A DNA stretch of 64,000 bases from NCBI GenBank assembly GCA_964459005.1, contig CAYWOW010000001.1, forward strand, positions 8,218-72,217, read 5' to 3'. Below are positions 1 through 10,786 of this stretch, piece by piece. The DNA is from an uncultured Acetobacteraceae bacterium (lineage in GTDB: Bacteria; Pseudomonadota; Alphaproteobacteria; Acetobacterales; Acetobacteraceae). The position numbers and the translations under genes were made by a program. Within the stretch, counting starts at the first letter, position 1; each line of letters begins with the position of its first letter. Below the pieces are notes generated by a model, which saw only the letters and a list, made by a program, of their open reading frames with translations, ran no database searches and had not been told where the DNA came from.

Positions 1-2
1 CA

Positions 3-422
3 TTGGTTGACAAGTTTGCACAGCAGCAAGCACTCCAGGCCGAACTCAACGACGCGATCCGCGCTTTGCGGGAAGCCCCACGTGGCACTCTAATACCCGG
101 GCTCCAGGAACAGGCCGAGCGCCGCACGCGCGAGGCAAACTTTTTTGCCTCTCAGCCGTTTCTTTTCGTTCATGTCGGCGTAGCAACTCTCGACGGCGGC
201 CTGTGCGCCGCCGGAATCGACACCGATTTGCGCGCCTTCGCCCGCGAGAAGCCTGTTATCAACTATAATGACGAGCAGCAACGGGCACCCCTTTCTATCT
301 GGGGAGCGACGCCGCTCGCCCTCGCGACGCCTGCGGCGGAACTTCAACGCGCGGTTGCGGAACGGTTGAACCGTCAAATCACGGAATTCGTCAATGCCTG
401 GCGCACAGCCAACGGTCAGTAA
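3..422 (+). CDS. Hypothetical protein, probably the C-terminal part of a gene starting upstream of the window
   Basis: Frame is open from the window edge to TAG at 420-422. Composition is protein-like and GC is lower than in hrpB. No recognisable motif. Confidence 0.5.
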   Translation: MVDKFAQQQALQAELNDAIRALREAPRGTLIPGLQEQAERRTREANFFASQPFLFVHVGVATLDGGLCAAGIDTDLRAFAREKPVINYNDEQQRAPLSIWGATPLALATPAAELQRAVAERLNRQITEFVNAWRTANGQ

Positions 423-541
423 CGATCTGGCTGATGACCGCTTCGCCAGGCAGGCCGCGCTGATCCGTCCTAACAACGCGCTGTCCGAGTCAGAAGCGCG
501 GGACAGGAATCGCTCGCGGGCGTCCGCATTCGATCGGTGCT

Positions 542-2968
542 ATGGGCTGGCGCGTGTTTGAGTTTCCCGAACTGCCCGTCACCGAAATCCTGCCCGCCCT
601 GCTGGCCGAGCTGGCAGGCGGGCACAACGCCGTGCTGGTCGCGCCGCCCGGAGCGGGCAAGACCACGCTGGTGCCGCTCGCTTTGCTCGATGAGTCCTGG
701 GTCGGTGGCGGGCGCATCGTCATGCTGGAGCCGCGCCGGCTGGCCACCCGCGCTGCGGCGAGCCGCATGGCGGCGCTGCGCGGCGAGGCGGTCGGCGGCA
801 CCGTCGGCTATCGCACCCGGCTGGACTCTGCCACCTCCGCCGCCACCCGCATCGAGGTGGTCACCGAGGGATTGCTGGTCCGCCGCCTGCAATCCGATCC
901 GGGACTGGACGGGGTGGCCTGCGTCATCTTCGACGAGGTCCACGAGCGCGCCCTGGAGGGCGACCTGGCGCTCGCCTTCTGCCGCGACCTGCAACGAAAT
1001 TTTCGGCCCGAACTGCGGCTGCTGGCGATGTCCGCCACCGCCGACGGCGCCCGCCTGGGGCCGCTGCTGAAAGCCGTGATCGTCGAGAGCGTGGGCCGCG
1101 CCCATCCGGTCGCGGTCAGCCACGCGGCGCGCGACATCGCCGACCTCCGCGACCTGCCCGACGCGCTCGCCCGGGCGGTGCGCGCCGCGCTGGCGGCGCA
1201 CGTGGGCGACGTGCTGGCCTTCCTGCCCGGCATGGGCGAGATCCGCCGCGCCGAGGCGGCGCTGGAAGGGTGCGGCGCGCTGGTGCTGCCGCTGCACGGT
1301 GACCTGCCGCCGGGCGAACAGGACCGCGCGTTGCGCCCGGCCGAGGGCCGCCGGGTGGTGCTGGCGACCTCGATCGCGGAGACCTCGCTGACCGTGCCCG
1401 GCGTGCGCATCGTCGTCGACGGCGGCTGGCGGCGTGCGCCTCAGCTCGACCCGGCCACCGGCCTGACCCGGCTGGTGACCCGCCGGATCAGCCGCGCCGC
1501 CGCCCATCAGCGCGCCGGACGGGCGGGCCGCGAGGGGCCGGGGGTGGCGATCCGGCTGTGGACCGCGGCCTTGCACCGCGGCCTGCCGGAATTCGACCGG
1601 CCGGAGATTCTCGAGGCGGAACTGTCGGGCTTGCTGCTGGACTGCGCGGCCTGGGGGGCCGCGCCGGGCGAGCTCGCGTTCCCCGACCCGCCGCCGGCCG
1701 GGCCGCTCGCCGCCGCCGCGGCCTTGCTGACCGAGTTGGGCGCGCTGGCCGACGGGCGCATCACCGACCGTGGCCGGGAGATGGCCGGGCTGGGCGCGCA
1801 TCCGCGCCTGGCCGCCATGATGCTGGCCGCCACCACGCCCGGCCAGGCGGCGCTGGCAGCCGACCTCGCCGCCCTGCTGGAGGAGCGCGACCCGCTGCGC
1901 AACGCCGCGGCGTCCTGCGACATCGGCCTGCGGCTGTCCGCCCTGGAGGGGGCGGCGGACGCCGACCGCGGTGCGGTTTCCCGTATCCGCCGCGCTGCCC
2001 ACCAGTACCGCCGCCGGCTCGGCGTGCACGCCGCGCCCACCGGCGATCCGGCGCCGCTGCTGGCCGCCGCCTTTCCCGACCGGATCGCTCAGCGCCGCGG
2101 CGAGGTCGGCAGTTTTCGCCTGTCCGGCGGCGGCGGAGCGAAGCTGCCGCCCGCCGACCCGCTATCGAAAGCTTCCCTGCTCGCCGTCGCCGCGCTCGAT
2201 GCCAAGGGCGCGGCCCGCATCCGCCTGGCCGCGCCGCTCGACCCGGCGAGCCTGCCCGCGGCGGTTGCCGCGCGGATCACCGAAACGATCGAGTGCGGTT
2301 TCGATCCCGCCAGCGGCGCGGTGCTGTCGCGCCGCCGCCGCCGGCTCGGCGCGCTGGTGCTGGAGGATCGCACCGAGCCGGCCGATCCCGCCGAAATTGC
2401 CGCCGCCCTGGCGCGCGCGGTGGCGATTGCCGCGCTGCCCTGGACCGCCACCGCCCGCCAGTTGCAAATGCGCGTCGCCCTGATGCGTGGGTTGGAACCG
2501 CGGGACTGGCCCGACCTCTCTGACACCGCGCTGGATGCCGACCGGAGCTGGCTGGAAGCGCCGCTGCACGGATTGTCGCGCGCCGCCGAGGTGGAGAGGC
2601 TGGACCTCGCCGCCGTGCTGCGCGCCACGCTCTCCTTCCAGCAGGCCGCCCGGCTCGATCGGGAGTTGCCGACGCACCTCGCCTTGCCCGGCGGGAGGGC
2701 GAGCGTGGACTACAGCCAGCCCGTGCCGGTCGCCGAGGCTCGCGCGCAAGCCTTCTACGGCCTGACCGAAACGCCCGGGCTGGCCGGCGGACGGGTTGAA
2801 CTGCGGCTGGCGCTGCTGTCGCCGGCCGGGCGGCCGGTGGCCATCACCGGCGACCTGGCGGGGTTCTGGCGCGGCTCCTGGGCCGAGGTGCGCCGCGACA
2901 TGCGCGGCCGCTACCCCAAGCACCACTGGCCCGATGACCCGGCGACCGCGACCGCACATCGTTCCTGA
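542..2968 (+). CDS. hrpB: ATP-dependent RNA helicase HrpB
   Basis: 808 aa with Walker A APPGAGKTT, EPRRLA, DEVHER (DEAH box), MSAT, ATSIAETSLT and QRAGRAGR. C-terminus is HrpB-type: LLSPAGRP...DLAGFWRGSWAEVRRDMRGRYPKHHWPDDP. Confidence 0.95.
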   Translation: MGWRVFEFPELPVTEILPALLAELAGGHNAVLVAPPGAGKTTLVPLALLDESWVGGGRIVMLEPRRLATRAAASRMAALRGEAVGGTVGYRTRLDSATSAATRIEVVTEGLLVRRLQSDPGLDGVACVIFDEVHERALEGDLALAFCRDLQRNFRPELRLLAMSATADGARLGPLLKAVIVESVGRAHPVAVSHAARDIADLRDLPDALARAVRAALAAHVGDVLAFLPGMGEIRRAEAALEGCGALVLPLHGDLPPGEQDRALRPAEGRRVVLATSIAETSLTVPGVRIVVDGGWRRAPQLDPATGLTRLVTRRISRAAAHQRAGRAGREGPGVAIRLWTAALHRGLPEFDRPEILEAELSGLLLDCAAWGAAPGELAFPDPPPAGPLAAAAALLTELGALADGRITDRGREMAGLGAHPRLAAMMLAATTPGQAALAADLAALLEERDPLRNAAASCDIGLRLSALEGAADADRGAVSRIRRAAHQYRRRLGVHAAPTGDPAPLLAAAFPDRIAQRRGEVGSFRLSGGGGAKLPPADPLSKASLLAVAALDAKGAARIRLAAPLDPASLPAAVAARITETIECGFDPASGAVLSRRRRRLGALVLEDRTEPADPAEIAAALARAVAIAALPWTATARQLQMRVALMRGLEPRDWPDLSDTALDADRSWLEAPLHGLSRAAEVERLDLAAVLRATLSFQQAARLDRELPTHLALPGGRASVDYSQPVPVAEARAQAFYGLTETPGLAGGRVELRLALLSPAGRPVAITGDLAGFWRGSWAEVRRDMRGRYPKHHWPDDPATATAHRS

Positions 2969-3055
2969 CGCAATCTTGTTAACCGGGCCCCGAATCGCTA
3001 CCTGCACCCTCGCGCCGACGCGCTACTTTGGATCGAATCCACGGAGTCGAATCGG

Positions 3056-4102
3056 ATGACCGCCGCGCTGTCCCGCCGCGCCGCCATCGCCTTGACCACC
3101 ATCGTGGCCATGAGCGGCAGCCGCGCCGCCATCGCCCGGGTCGGACCCGAGAGCTTCGCGCCGCTGGTCAAACGCGTGCTGCCCGCGGTGGTGAACATCG
3201 GGGTCGTCGAGACCGAGGCGCAGGGTGAGGACCCGCTCTCGCAGTTGCCCCCCGAGATCCGCCGCCAGTTCCGCGGCCGCCTGCCCCAGCGCCGCCGCGA
3301 GGTGCATGCCAGCGGCTCGGGCTTCATCATCGACCCGGCCGGGCTGATCGTCACCAACACCCATGTGGTCGGCAACGCCGACAAGATCGTGGTGGCGCTG
3401 CTGGACGGCACCGAACTGCCGGCCGAGGTGGTCGGGCTGGACGATCTGACCGATATCGCGGTGATCCGGGTCAAGCCGGCGGCCGCGCTGCCCAGCGTGT
3501 CCTGGGGCGACAGCCGCGCGCTGGAAGTCGGCGACTGGGTGGTGGCGGCCGGCAACCCGTTCGGGCTCGGCGGCTCGGTCACCGCCGGCATCGTTTCCGC
3601 GCGCGGGCGCGACCTCGGAGACGGGCCATACGACGACTTCCTGCAGATCGACGCGCCGATCAATCCGGGCAATTCGGGCGGCCCGTTGTTCGACTCCGAC
3701 GGCCGGGTGGTCGGCATCACCTCGGCGATCTATTCGCCGAGCGGCGGCTCGGTCGGCATCGGCTTCGCCATTCCCAGCGAACTGGCCAGCCGCATCGTCG
3801 GCGAGTTGCGCGAGAAGGGCCGCATCGAGCGCGGCTGGCTCGGCGTGAGCATGACGGATGTCCGCGAACACGGCGTGGGGATCGTCGAGGTCGCCCGCGG
3901 CGGCCCCGCCGGGCGTGCCGGCGTGAAGCCGGGCGACATCGTGATCGCGGTGAACGGCCAGACCGTGGACGATGCCCGGTCGCTGCAGCGCGCCGTCGCC
4001 GCCATCACCCCCGGCCAGGTCGCCCGCCTGACGCTGCGCAGGCAGGGACGCGACATGGACCTTACCATCACCGTCGGCCGCCGGCCGAACAGCGAAGGCT
4101 GA
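3056..4102 (+). CDS. degP: HtrA/DegP (Do) family serine protease with one PDZ domain
   Basis: GSGFIID, catalytic TNTHVV, DIAVIRV and QIDAPINPGNSGGPL, followed by a single PDZ (RGWLGV...GPAGRAGVKPGDIVIAVNG). Confidence 0.88.
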   Translation: MTAALSRRAAIALTTIVAMSGSRAAIARVGPESFAPLVKRVLPAVVNIGVVETEAQGEDPLSQLPPEIRRQFRGRLPQRRREVHASGSGFIIDPAGLIVTNTHVVGNADKIVVALLDGTELPAEVVGLDDLTDIAVIRVKPAAALPSVSWGDSRALEVGDWVVAAGNPFGLGGSVTAGIVSARGRDLGDGPYDDFLQIDAPINPGNSGGPLFDSDGRVVGITSAIYSPSGGSVGIGFAIPSELASRIVGELREKGRIERGWLGVSMTDVREHGVGIVEVARGGPAGRAGVKPGDIVIAVNGQTVDDARSLQRAVAAITPGQVARLTLRRQGRDMDLTITVGRRPNSEG

Positions 4103-4107
4103 ACGCA

Positions 4108-4785
4108 ATGCGCATCCTGGTAGTGGAAGACGACAAGGACGTGGCCGGCTTCGTGGTCAAGGGTCTCAAGGAAGCGGGCCACGTGGTGGAACACGCCGAT
4201 AACGGGCGCGACGGGCTGTTCCTGGCGGCCAGCGAGAACTTCGACGCCATCGTGCTGGACCGCATGCTGCCCGGCGGCGTCGATGGGTTGCGCCTGCTGG
4301 AAACGCTGCGCGCGCAGAACAACCAGACACCGGTGCTGTTCCTCTCCGCGATGGCGCAGGTGGACGATCGGGTGCGCGGCCTGAAGGCAGGCGGCGATGA
4401 CTACATGACCAAGCCGTTCGCCTTCGCCGAGTTGCTCGCCCGGGTGGAGGCGCTGAACCGCCGCGGCAAGACCGAGGCGCCGGTGACCAAGCTGGCGACC
4501 GCCGACCTGGAAATGGATCTGCTGTCGCGCACCGTCCGCCGCGCCGGCCAGAAGATCGACCTGCAACCGCGCGAGTTCCGGCTGCTGGAATACCTGCTGC
4601 GCCACGCCGGCCAGGTGGTCACCCGCACCATGCTGCTGGAGAGCGTGTGGGATTACCATTTCGATCCGCAGACCAACGTCATCGACGTCCACGTCTCCCG
4701 CCTGCGGCAGAAAGTGGACAAGCCGTTCCCGGCGCCCCTGATCCACACGGTGCGCAACGCCGGCTACATGCTGCGCGCGGACTGA
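4108..4785 (+). CDS. OmpR/PhoB-family response regulator
   Basis: Receiver domain (MRILVVEDD, VLDRMLP, DDYMTKPF) and winged helix (LQPREFRLLEYL, TNVIDVHVSRLRQK, HTVRNAGY). Confidence 0.95.
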   Translation: MRILVVEDDKDVAGFVVKGLKEAGHVVEHADNGRDGLFLAASENFDAIVLDRMLPGGVDGLRLLETLRAQNNQTPVLFLSAMAQVDDRVRGLKAGGDDYMTKPFAFAELLARVEALNRRGKTEAPVTKLATADLEMDLLSRTVRRAGQKIDLQPREFRLLEYLLRHAGQVVTRTMLLESVWDYHFDPQTNVIDVHVSRLRQKVDKPFPAPLIHTVRNAGYMLRAD

Positions 4786-4789
4786 GCAG

Positions 4790-6268
4790 GTGAAGCCGGC
4801 GGCCGCCGATCGGCCGGGCTGGGCGGGGCAGCGCTGGCACCGGCTGGCGTGCCGGGCCCGCACGGACCTTCGGCTGGTGCTGCACCCGCGGACGCTGCTG
4901 CGCTCGGCGGGGGTGCGGTTCGGCCTGATCTACGCCGCGCTGTTCGCCCTCAGCGCGCTGGCGCTGACGGGGTTCCTGTGGTGGTCCACCGCCGGGCTGC
5001 TCGACCGGCAAACCGATGCGGCCATCAACGCCGACGCGCAGGGGCTGGTCGAGCGCTTCCTGGACGGGCCGGGCGCGCTGGTCGAGACCATCCAGGACCG
5101 GCTGGCCAACGATGTGGACGACGATGCGATCTACCTGCTGGCCGATGCGGCGTTGCGGCCGGTGGCCGGAAATCTCGAGACCTGGCCGAGGATGATCACC
5201 AACGACGTCGAATGGATCGAAATCCCGATCGAACGCGCCGGCATGCGTGGGCTCGCGCGCGTCCGCAACTTCGTCCTGCCGGGCGGTCTTCACCTGCTGG
5301 TCGGGCGCGACGTGCAGGTGCGCGCCCAGTTGCGGCGCATCCTGGGCAACGCCCTGATCTGGGCGCCGGCGATCGTGTTGGCGCTGGGGGTCGCCGGCGC
5401 GATGGCGGTACGCAGCCTGTTCCGCATCACCATCGCCGACGTCGCCGCCACGGCGGCCGCGTTCAGCCGCGGCGACCTCACGCGGCGGGTGCGCGTCAAT
5501 GGCATGGGCGACGAGTTCGACCGCCTGGCCGAGGAGATCAACAACATGCTGGACCGCGTCGCCGGCCTGATGGACGGCGTGCGCCAGGTGTCCAACGCGA
5601 TCGCCCACGACCTGCGCACGCCGATCACGCGCGCCCGCGCCCGGCTGGAGGACGCCGCCCGCAGCGCGCGCTGCGAGACCGACCTGCGCGCCGCCATCGA
5701 GCGGGCGCAGTCCGACCTAGACGGCATCGTCGCGGTGTTCCAGGCGCTGCTGCGAATCGCCGAGATCGAGGCCGGCGCGCGTCTGTCGGCTTTCGCGCGG
5801 GTCGATCTGGGGCCGCTGCTGTTCGATCTGTCCGAACTGTACACCGCCGCCGCCGAGGAGAACGGGCAGGCGCTGGAGCACGATATTCCGCCCATCCTGC
5901 CCGCCTTCGGCGACCGCGACATGCTCCAGCAGGCCGTCGCCAACCTGCTGGACAATGCGTTGAAATTCTCCCCGCCCGGCAGCACCATCCGGCTGTCCGC
6001 CGGGATTGTCCGGGGACTGCTGGAGATCAGCGTGGCGGACCAGGGACCCGGCATTCCCCCCGACGATCGCCAGCGTGCCACCGAACGGTTCTTCCGCGGC
6101 GAGAGCGCGCGCAGCACGCCCGGTTCGGGGTTGGGCCTGTCGCTGGTGCAGGCGGTGGCGGTGCTGCACGGCGGCACCTTGCGCCTCGAAGACAACCAGC
6201 CCGGCCTGCGCGCCGTGATCGCCCTGCCAGCCCTAACCTCCGCCGATGCCCCGTTATTTCGTTCCTGA
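4790..6268 (+). CDS. Sensor histidine kinase (two TM helices, HAMP, HisKA, HATPase); start codon uncertain
   Basis: H-box IAHDLRTP, N-box NLLDNALKF, DQGPGI, GSGLGLSLV, and HAMP segment GDEFDRLAEEINNMLDR. Confidence 0.93.
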   Translation: MKPAAADRPGWAGQRWHRLACRARTDLRLVLHPRTLLRSAGVRFGLIYAALFALSALALTGFLWWSTAGLLDRQTDAAINADAQGLVERFLDGPGALVETIQDRLANDVDDDAIYLLADAALRPVAGNLETWPRMITNDVEWIEIPIERAGMRGLARVRNFVLPGGLHLLVGRDVQVRAQLRRILGNALIWAPAIVLALGVAGAMAVRSLFRITIADVAATAAAFSRGDLTRRVRVNGMGDEFDRLAEEINNMLDRVAGLMDGVRQVSNAIAHDLRTPITRARARLEDAARSARCETDLRAAIERAQSDLDGIVAVFQALLRIAEIEAGARLSAFARVDLGPLLFDLSELYTAAAEENGQALEHDIPPILPAFGDRDMLQQAVANLLDNALKFSPPGSTIRLSAGIVRGLLEISVADQGPGIPPDDRQRATERFFRGESARSTPGSGLGLSLVQAVAVLHGGTLRLEDNQPGLRAVIALPALTSADAPLFRS

Positions 6269-6650
6269 CGAAAGCGTCACCCCCAGCCCAGCGGATGGTA
6301 CCGCGGGCCGGCGTAGGATGGCGGCGATGGTGATGGGGATTTCCGCATTGCCGCGACGCCGGCTGATGGCCGGCCTGCCCGTCTGGCTCGCCCTGGCGGC
6401 GACGGCGCGCGCGCAGCCCGCCATCACCGAGATGCCGCCGACCCGGGTAACCTCCGACAGCCCCGAATTCTGTGCCCAACTGTCCGACATGCTGCGCCAG
6501 GACGTGCGCACCCATCAGCTGGCGCCGGTGCCCGAGGAGGTGATCATGCTGGGGCGGGAGGGACGAAGGATGTGCCGCGAAGGCCATATCCGGCCGGGCA
6601 TCATGCGCATCAGGCGGGCGCTGATGATCCTGCGGGGGGAACCGCGCTGA
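6246..6650 (+). CDS. Small hypothetical protein, probably exported; start uncertain
   Basis: RR-containing hydrophobic segment ending ATARA-QP, then a helical domain with two Cys (SDSPEFC...GRRMC). Fills the gap before the convergent tyrC. Confidence 0.55.
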   Translation: MPRYFVPDESVTPSPADGTAGRRRMAAMVMGISALPRRRLMAGLPVWLALAATARAQPAITEMPPTRVTSDSPEFCAQLSDMLRQDVRTHQLAPVPEEVIMLGREGRRMCREGHIRPGIMRIRRALMILRGEPR

Positions 6651-6660
6651 TCGTTTCGGC

Positions 6661-7548
6661 CTACGCCTGTTTCAGTTCGATCAGGCTCTGGCGGATCTTG
6701 CGGCCGCGCAGGATGCGGTCCTCGATATAGGCCGCATCGCCCCAGCGCACCGCGCGGGCCATCGCCTGCGCGTCCTCGGTGAAGCGCGCCAGCATCTCCA
6801 GCAGCGCCTCGCGGTTGTTCAGGAAAACATCGCGCCACATCACCGGATCGGAGGCGGCAATCCGGGTGAAATCGCGAAAGCCCGTGGCGGCGAACTGCAA
6901 CACTTCCTGCCGGCTCTCGCCTTCCAGGTCGTCCGCCGTGCCGCAGATCGTGAAGGCGATCAGATGCGGCAGGTGGCTCACGATGGCCAGCACCCGGTCG
7001 TGGTGGTCGGGGTCCAGCGTCGTCACCATCGAGCCGCAGCGCCGCCAGAACTCGGCCACCCGCTCCACCGCATCGGCATCGGTGCCCGGCGGCGGCGTCA
7101 GCAGGGCCCAGCGGCCGTCGAACAGGGCCGAAAAACCCGCATCCGGCCCGGAATATTCCGTCCCGGCCAGCGGATGACCCGGCACGAAATGCACGCCCGC
7201 CGGCACCAGCGGGCCGACATCGCGGATCACCGACTGCTTGGTGGAGCCGACATCGGTGAGGATGCAGCCCGGCGCCAGATGCGGTGCGATCGCCTCGGCC
7301 AGCGCCGCATAGACGCCCACCGGCGCGCACAGGATGACGCAGTCGGCGCCCTCGACCGCGCGGGCCGGATCCAGCTCGGTGCGGTCGGCGATACCCAGTT
7401 CGCGCACCCGCGCGAGCGTCGCCTCGGTGCGCGCGTTGGCCACCACCTCGGCGGCCAGCCCGCCGCGCTCGCGCGCCACCCGCGCGATCGAGCTGCCGAC
7501 CAGACCGATGCCGAGCAGCGCCAGCCGTTGGAACAGCGGCTCAGCCAT
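6661..7548 (-). CDS. tyrC: Prephenate/arogenate (cyclohexadienyl) dehydrogenase
   Basis: True start MAEPLF at 7548. Rossmann [56 protein letters not shown]. Confidence 0.93.
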   Translation of the reverse strand: MAEPLFQRLALLGIGLVGSSIARVARERGGLAAEVVANARTEATLARVRELGIADRTELDPARAVEGADCVILCAPVGVYAALAEAIAPHLAPGCILTDVGSTKQSVIRDVGPLVPAGVHFVPGHPLAGTEYSGPDAGFSALFDGRWALLTPPPGTDADAVERVAEFWRRCGSMVTTLDPDHHDRVLAIVSHLPHLIAFTICGTADDLEGESRQEVLQFAATGFRDFTRIAASDPVMWRDVFLNNREALLEMLARFTEDAQAMARAVRWGDAAYIEDRILRGRKIRQSLIELKQA

Positions 7549-8653
7549 CCCTGTGGCCGTCGTTGTGCTGGGTGGACATGAACGTGGCCAGCGTATCGGC
7601 GACCATGGTGCATTCCTCGCCGGTGCCGACGGTGATGCGCAGGCAGTGCGGCAGGTCGTAGGCCGCCATGCCGCGCACGATGATGCCCCGGCCCCGCAGG
7701 AACGCATCCGCCCCGTTCGCCCGCGCCGCGGTTGCGAAGTCGGCGAGGATGAAATTGCCGTGGCTGGGCCAGACCTTGACGCCCACGGCCTCCAGCGCGG
7801 CGCTCAGACGGGCCCGCCACTCGGTGTTGTGGGCGACGCTGCGCTCCACCCAGCCCGGCTCCGCCAGCGCCGCCACCGCGGCGGCCTGGGCGGCGATGTT
7901 GATGTTGAACACGCCGCGCACCCGGTTGATGACGTCGATCACCGCCGGCGGTCCGTAACCCCAACCCACCCGCATGCCGCCAAGGCCAAAAACCTTGCTG
8001 AAGGTGCGCAGCATGACGGTGTTGTCGGCGGCGTCCACCAGCGCCGTGCCGGGGTCGTAGCCCGGTTCGGTGACATACTCGGCATAGGCGGCGTCGATCA
8101 CCAGCAACACCTCGGGCGGCAGCTCCCGGCGCAGCCGGTCCATCTCGTCCTGCGCCAGCAGGCTGCCCGTCGGGTTGTTCGGGTTGGCGATGAAGACGAT
8201 GCGGGTGGCCGGGGTCACCGCGCCGAGGATGTTGTCCACATGCGCCGTGAGGTTGCGCTCCGGCGCTTTCAGCACCCGGCTGCCGGCATAGGTGCCGGAG
8301 ATCTGGTACATGGTGAAGCCGTGCATCGACATGACGATGTCCGTGCCCGGCCCGCCATAGATGTGGCAGAGGTGCTGGATCAGCTCGTCCGAACCGGTGC
8401 CGCAGACCAAGCGCTCGTGATCGAGGCCGAACCGCGCGCCGATCGCCCGGCGCAGAGCCAGCGAGCCGCCGTCGGGGTAGCGGTGGATCTCCGCCGCGAC
8501 CTGGCGGTAGGCTTCCTGCGCGCCCACCGAGGGGCCGAAGGCGCCCTCGTTGGACGACAGCTTGATGATGCGGTTCACGCCCTGCATCTTCGACTCACCG
8601 GCGGCATAGGCGTCGATGGTCATGATTTCGGGGCGCGGCGTCGGTCCGGTCAT
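7541..8653 (-). CDS. hisC: Histidinol-phosphate aminotransferase
   Basis: C-terminal part of the 7541..9598 ORF from [36 protein letters not shown] lysine motif [20 protein letters not shown] overlap with the upstream gene. Confidence 0.93.
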   Translation of the reverse strand: MTGPTPRPEIMTIDAYAAGESKMQGVNRIIKLSSNEGAFGPSVGAQEAYRQVAAEIHRYPDGGSLALRRAIGARFGLDHERLVCGTGSDELIQHLCHIYGGPGTDIVMSMHGFTMYQISGTYAGSRVLKAPERNLTAHVDNILGAVTPATRIVFIANPNNPTGSLLAQDEMDRLRRELPPEVLLVIDAAYAEYVTEPGYDPGTALVDAADNTVMLRTFSKVFGLGGMRVGWGYGPPAVIDVINRVRGVFNINIAAQAAAVAALAEPGWVERSVAHNTEWRARLSAALEAVGVKVWPSHGNFILADFATAARANGADAFLRGRGIIVRGMAAYDLPHCLRITVGTGEECTMVADTLATFMSTQHNDGHRDG

Positions 8654-9531
8654 GTGTTGTCTTCCTCCACGGGCAGGGCGTAAGCGCCCAGAACGACGGG
8701 CGGGCGCAGCGCATCGCTCAGCGCCGCCAGCCGCGGGTCGCCATCGGTCACGAAACCATTCACATCCACCAGGGCCTGCGCCACCGGCAGGCCCGGATCG
8801 CGCCGCAGCAGCATCCGGCCGGGTTCGAACCCGGCCGCCGCCAGCGCCGTGGACAGGCGCGCCCGGCTTTGCTCCGGCGGCAGCTCGAGGGTGATCAACG
8901 AGTGATCCCGGCTGCTCGGATCGGGCGGCAGCGCGGCCACCACGAGCGCCTGGACGTGCGGCGCCCCCTCCGGCCGCGGCGCCCAGAACGGCAGCAACGC
9001 CACCACGTGGAGGCGCGAACCCGCCCGCTGCAACAGCGACGTCCACCAGGGCGAGGTCTCCTCCTCGGTCGGCAGCGGCAGCACGGCGGCGGTGGCGGTG
9101 CCGGCGCTGACCTCGCCGATCGCCTGCGCCGGGGTGCGATGCACGCGCAGCGGGCTCAGCGCGCCGAAATGCTCGCGCGCGCATTGCACGTAGCCGTTGC
9201 CGGGTTCGGCCTCGCAGGCGGTGATGGCATAGGGGCCCTGCATGGCGGTGATCGCCGCCAGCAGCTCGCGCCACACCCGCACCACCGCGCGGCGCGGCAG
9301 ATCGCCATGGTGGCGGTCCAGCAGGCGGCGCAGCATGTCCGCCTCGCCGCCCGGGCGCAGCACCACCGGTCCGTTGCCATCGCCCGCGCGCAGCCGCGTC
9401 ACCGCTTCCGCCCGCGCCATCAGCAGATCGTGGATGGCATCGTCCAGGCGATCGATCTCGGCGCTGAGCCCGGTCAGCGCCGCAGGGGAGGGGTCGGCCG
9501 GGTCGGGGGTGCTGGGAACGGTGCTGGACAT
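8650..9531 (-). CDS. Chorismate mutase (AroQ) with the alphaproteobacterial C-terminal extension
   Basis: N-terminal [32 protein letters not shown] and AREHFG. Sits in the conserved CM-hisC-tyrC operon. Confidence 0.85.
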   Translation of the reverse strand: MSSTVPSTPDPADPSPAALTGLSAEIDRLDDAIHDLLMARAEAVTRLRAGDGNGPVVLRPGGEADMLRRLLDRHHGDLPRRAVVRVWRELLAAITAMQGPYAITACEAEPGNGYVQCAREHFGALSPLRVHRTPAQAIGEVSAGTATAAVLPLPTEEETSPWWTSLLQRAGSRLHVVALLPFWAPRPEGAPHVQALVVAALPPDPSSRDHSLITLELPPEQSRARLSTALAAAGFEPGRMLLRRDPGLPVAQALVDVNGFVTDGDPRLAALSDALRPPVVLGAYALPVEEDNT

Positions 9532-9643
9532 GTCTGCGGCGGGTTTCGGGCCGGTTGGAATAGCGGATGGAGGGCCGGCTGCATAGGCAGCCCGCCACTA
9601 CGGAGGTTGCGGCCCGCCGGACGGGGCCTTATGCGTTGCCGCC

Positions 9644-10786
9644 ATGGACACGGCGCCCTCCTCCGTCAACCACCAGAACATCGTCTTCGACGACGGGTTC
9701 ACGCTGGAATGCGGCGTGACCTTGCGGCAGCTGGTCGTGGCCTACCGGACGTACGGGCGGCTGAACGCCGAACGATCCAACGCCGTGCTGGTCTGCCATG
9801 CCCTGACCGGGGATCAGTACGTCGCCGAGACCCATCCGATAACCGGCAAGCCGGGCTGGTGGGACATGGTGGTCGGCCCTGGCCGGCCGGTCGACACCAA
9901 CCGCTTGTTCGTCATCTGCGCCAACGTGCTCGGCGGCTGCATGGGCTCCACCGGGCCGTGCAGCCCACGCGACGATGGCGACGGCCCCCGGTGGGGCACC
10001 GACTTCCCGCCGGTGACCATCCGCGACATGGTGCGCGCGCAGAAGCGGCTGATCGACCATCTGGGCATCGAACGCCTGTTCGTCGTCATCGGCGGCTCGA
10101 TGGGCGGCATGCAGGTGCTGGACTGGGCGGCCGCCTACCCCGACGCGGTGTTCGCCGCGGTGCCGATCGCCGCCGCCGCCTACCACTCCGCCCAGAACAT
10201 CGCCTTCCAGGAGGTCGGTCGCCAGGCCATCTTCGCCGACCCGGACTGGCAGGGCGGCCGTTACTGGGAGAGCGGCAAGGTGCCGGCGCGCGGCCTGGCG
10301 GTGGCACGGATGGCCGCGCACATCACCTACCTTTCGGAACAGGCGCTCACCCGCAAGTTCGGCCGGCGCGTGCGCGGCGGCGACGGCGGGCTGTCGCTGT
10401 TCGGCGACATCTTCGAGGTGGAAAGCTACCTGCAGCACCAGGGCAGCACCTTCGTGGACCGCTTCGACGCCAACGCCTACCTCACCATCACCCGCGCCAT
10501 GGACTTCTTCGACCTTGCCGCGGAATACGGCGGCGACCTGTCGAAGGCGTTCGCCGGCAGCCCAACGCGGTTCTGCCTGGTCAGCTTCAGCAGCGATTGG
10601 CTGTTCCCCACCGCCCAGAGCCGGGCCATCGCGCGCGCCCTGAACCGCGCCGCCGCCAACGTCAGTTTCGTCGAAATCCCGACGGACAAGGGCCACGACG
10701 CCTTCCTGCTCGACGAACCGGATTTTCATCGCACTCTGGCCGGCTTTCTGGCGGGCTGCGCCGAACACGCGGGGCTGGCGTTATGA
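9644..10786 (+). CDS. metX: Homoserine O-acetyltransferase
   Basis: [34 protein letters not shown], nucleophile GGSMGG, FDANAYL, GHDAFLL. Confidence 0.95.
   Translation: MDTAPSSVNHQNIVFDDGFTLECGVTLRQLVVAYRTYGRLNAERSNAVLVCHALTGDQYVAETHPITGKPGWWDMVVGPGRPVDTNRLFVICANVLGGCMGSTGPCSPRDDGDGPRWGTDFPPVTIRDMVRAQKRLIDHLGIERLFVVIGGSMGGMQVLDWAAAYPDAVFAAVPIAAAAYHSAQNIAFQEVGRQAIFADPDWQGGRYWESGKVPARGLAVARMAAHITYLSEQALTRKFGRRVRGGDGGLSLFGDIFEVESYLQHQGSTFVDRFDANAYLTITRAMDFFDLAAEYGGDLSKAFAGSPTRFCLVSFSSDWLFPTAQSRAIARALNRAAANVSFVEIPTDKGHDAFLLDEPDFHRTLAGFLAGCAEHAGLAL

Noticed and set aside
9532-9643. Possible SAM riboswitch upstream of metX
   Set aside because: Only a short GGCTGC-ATAG-GCAGCC hairpin is present. 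I could not find SAM-II or SAM/SAH consensus elements. An Infernal/Rfam scan would settle it.
8869-10782. Apparent 853-aa protein ending in MetW, and similar long N-terminal extensions on hisC, tyrC and rpsA
   Set aside because: Not real fusions. The extensions are off-frame read-through of neighbouring genes, and the true starts have RBS or ATGA coupling.
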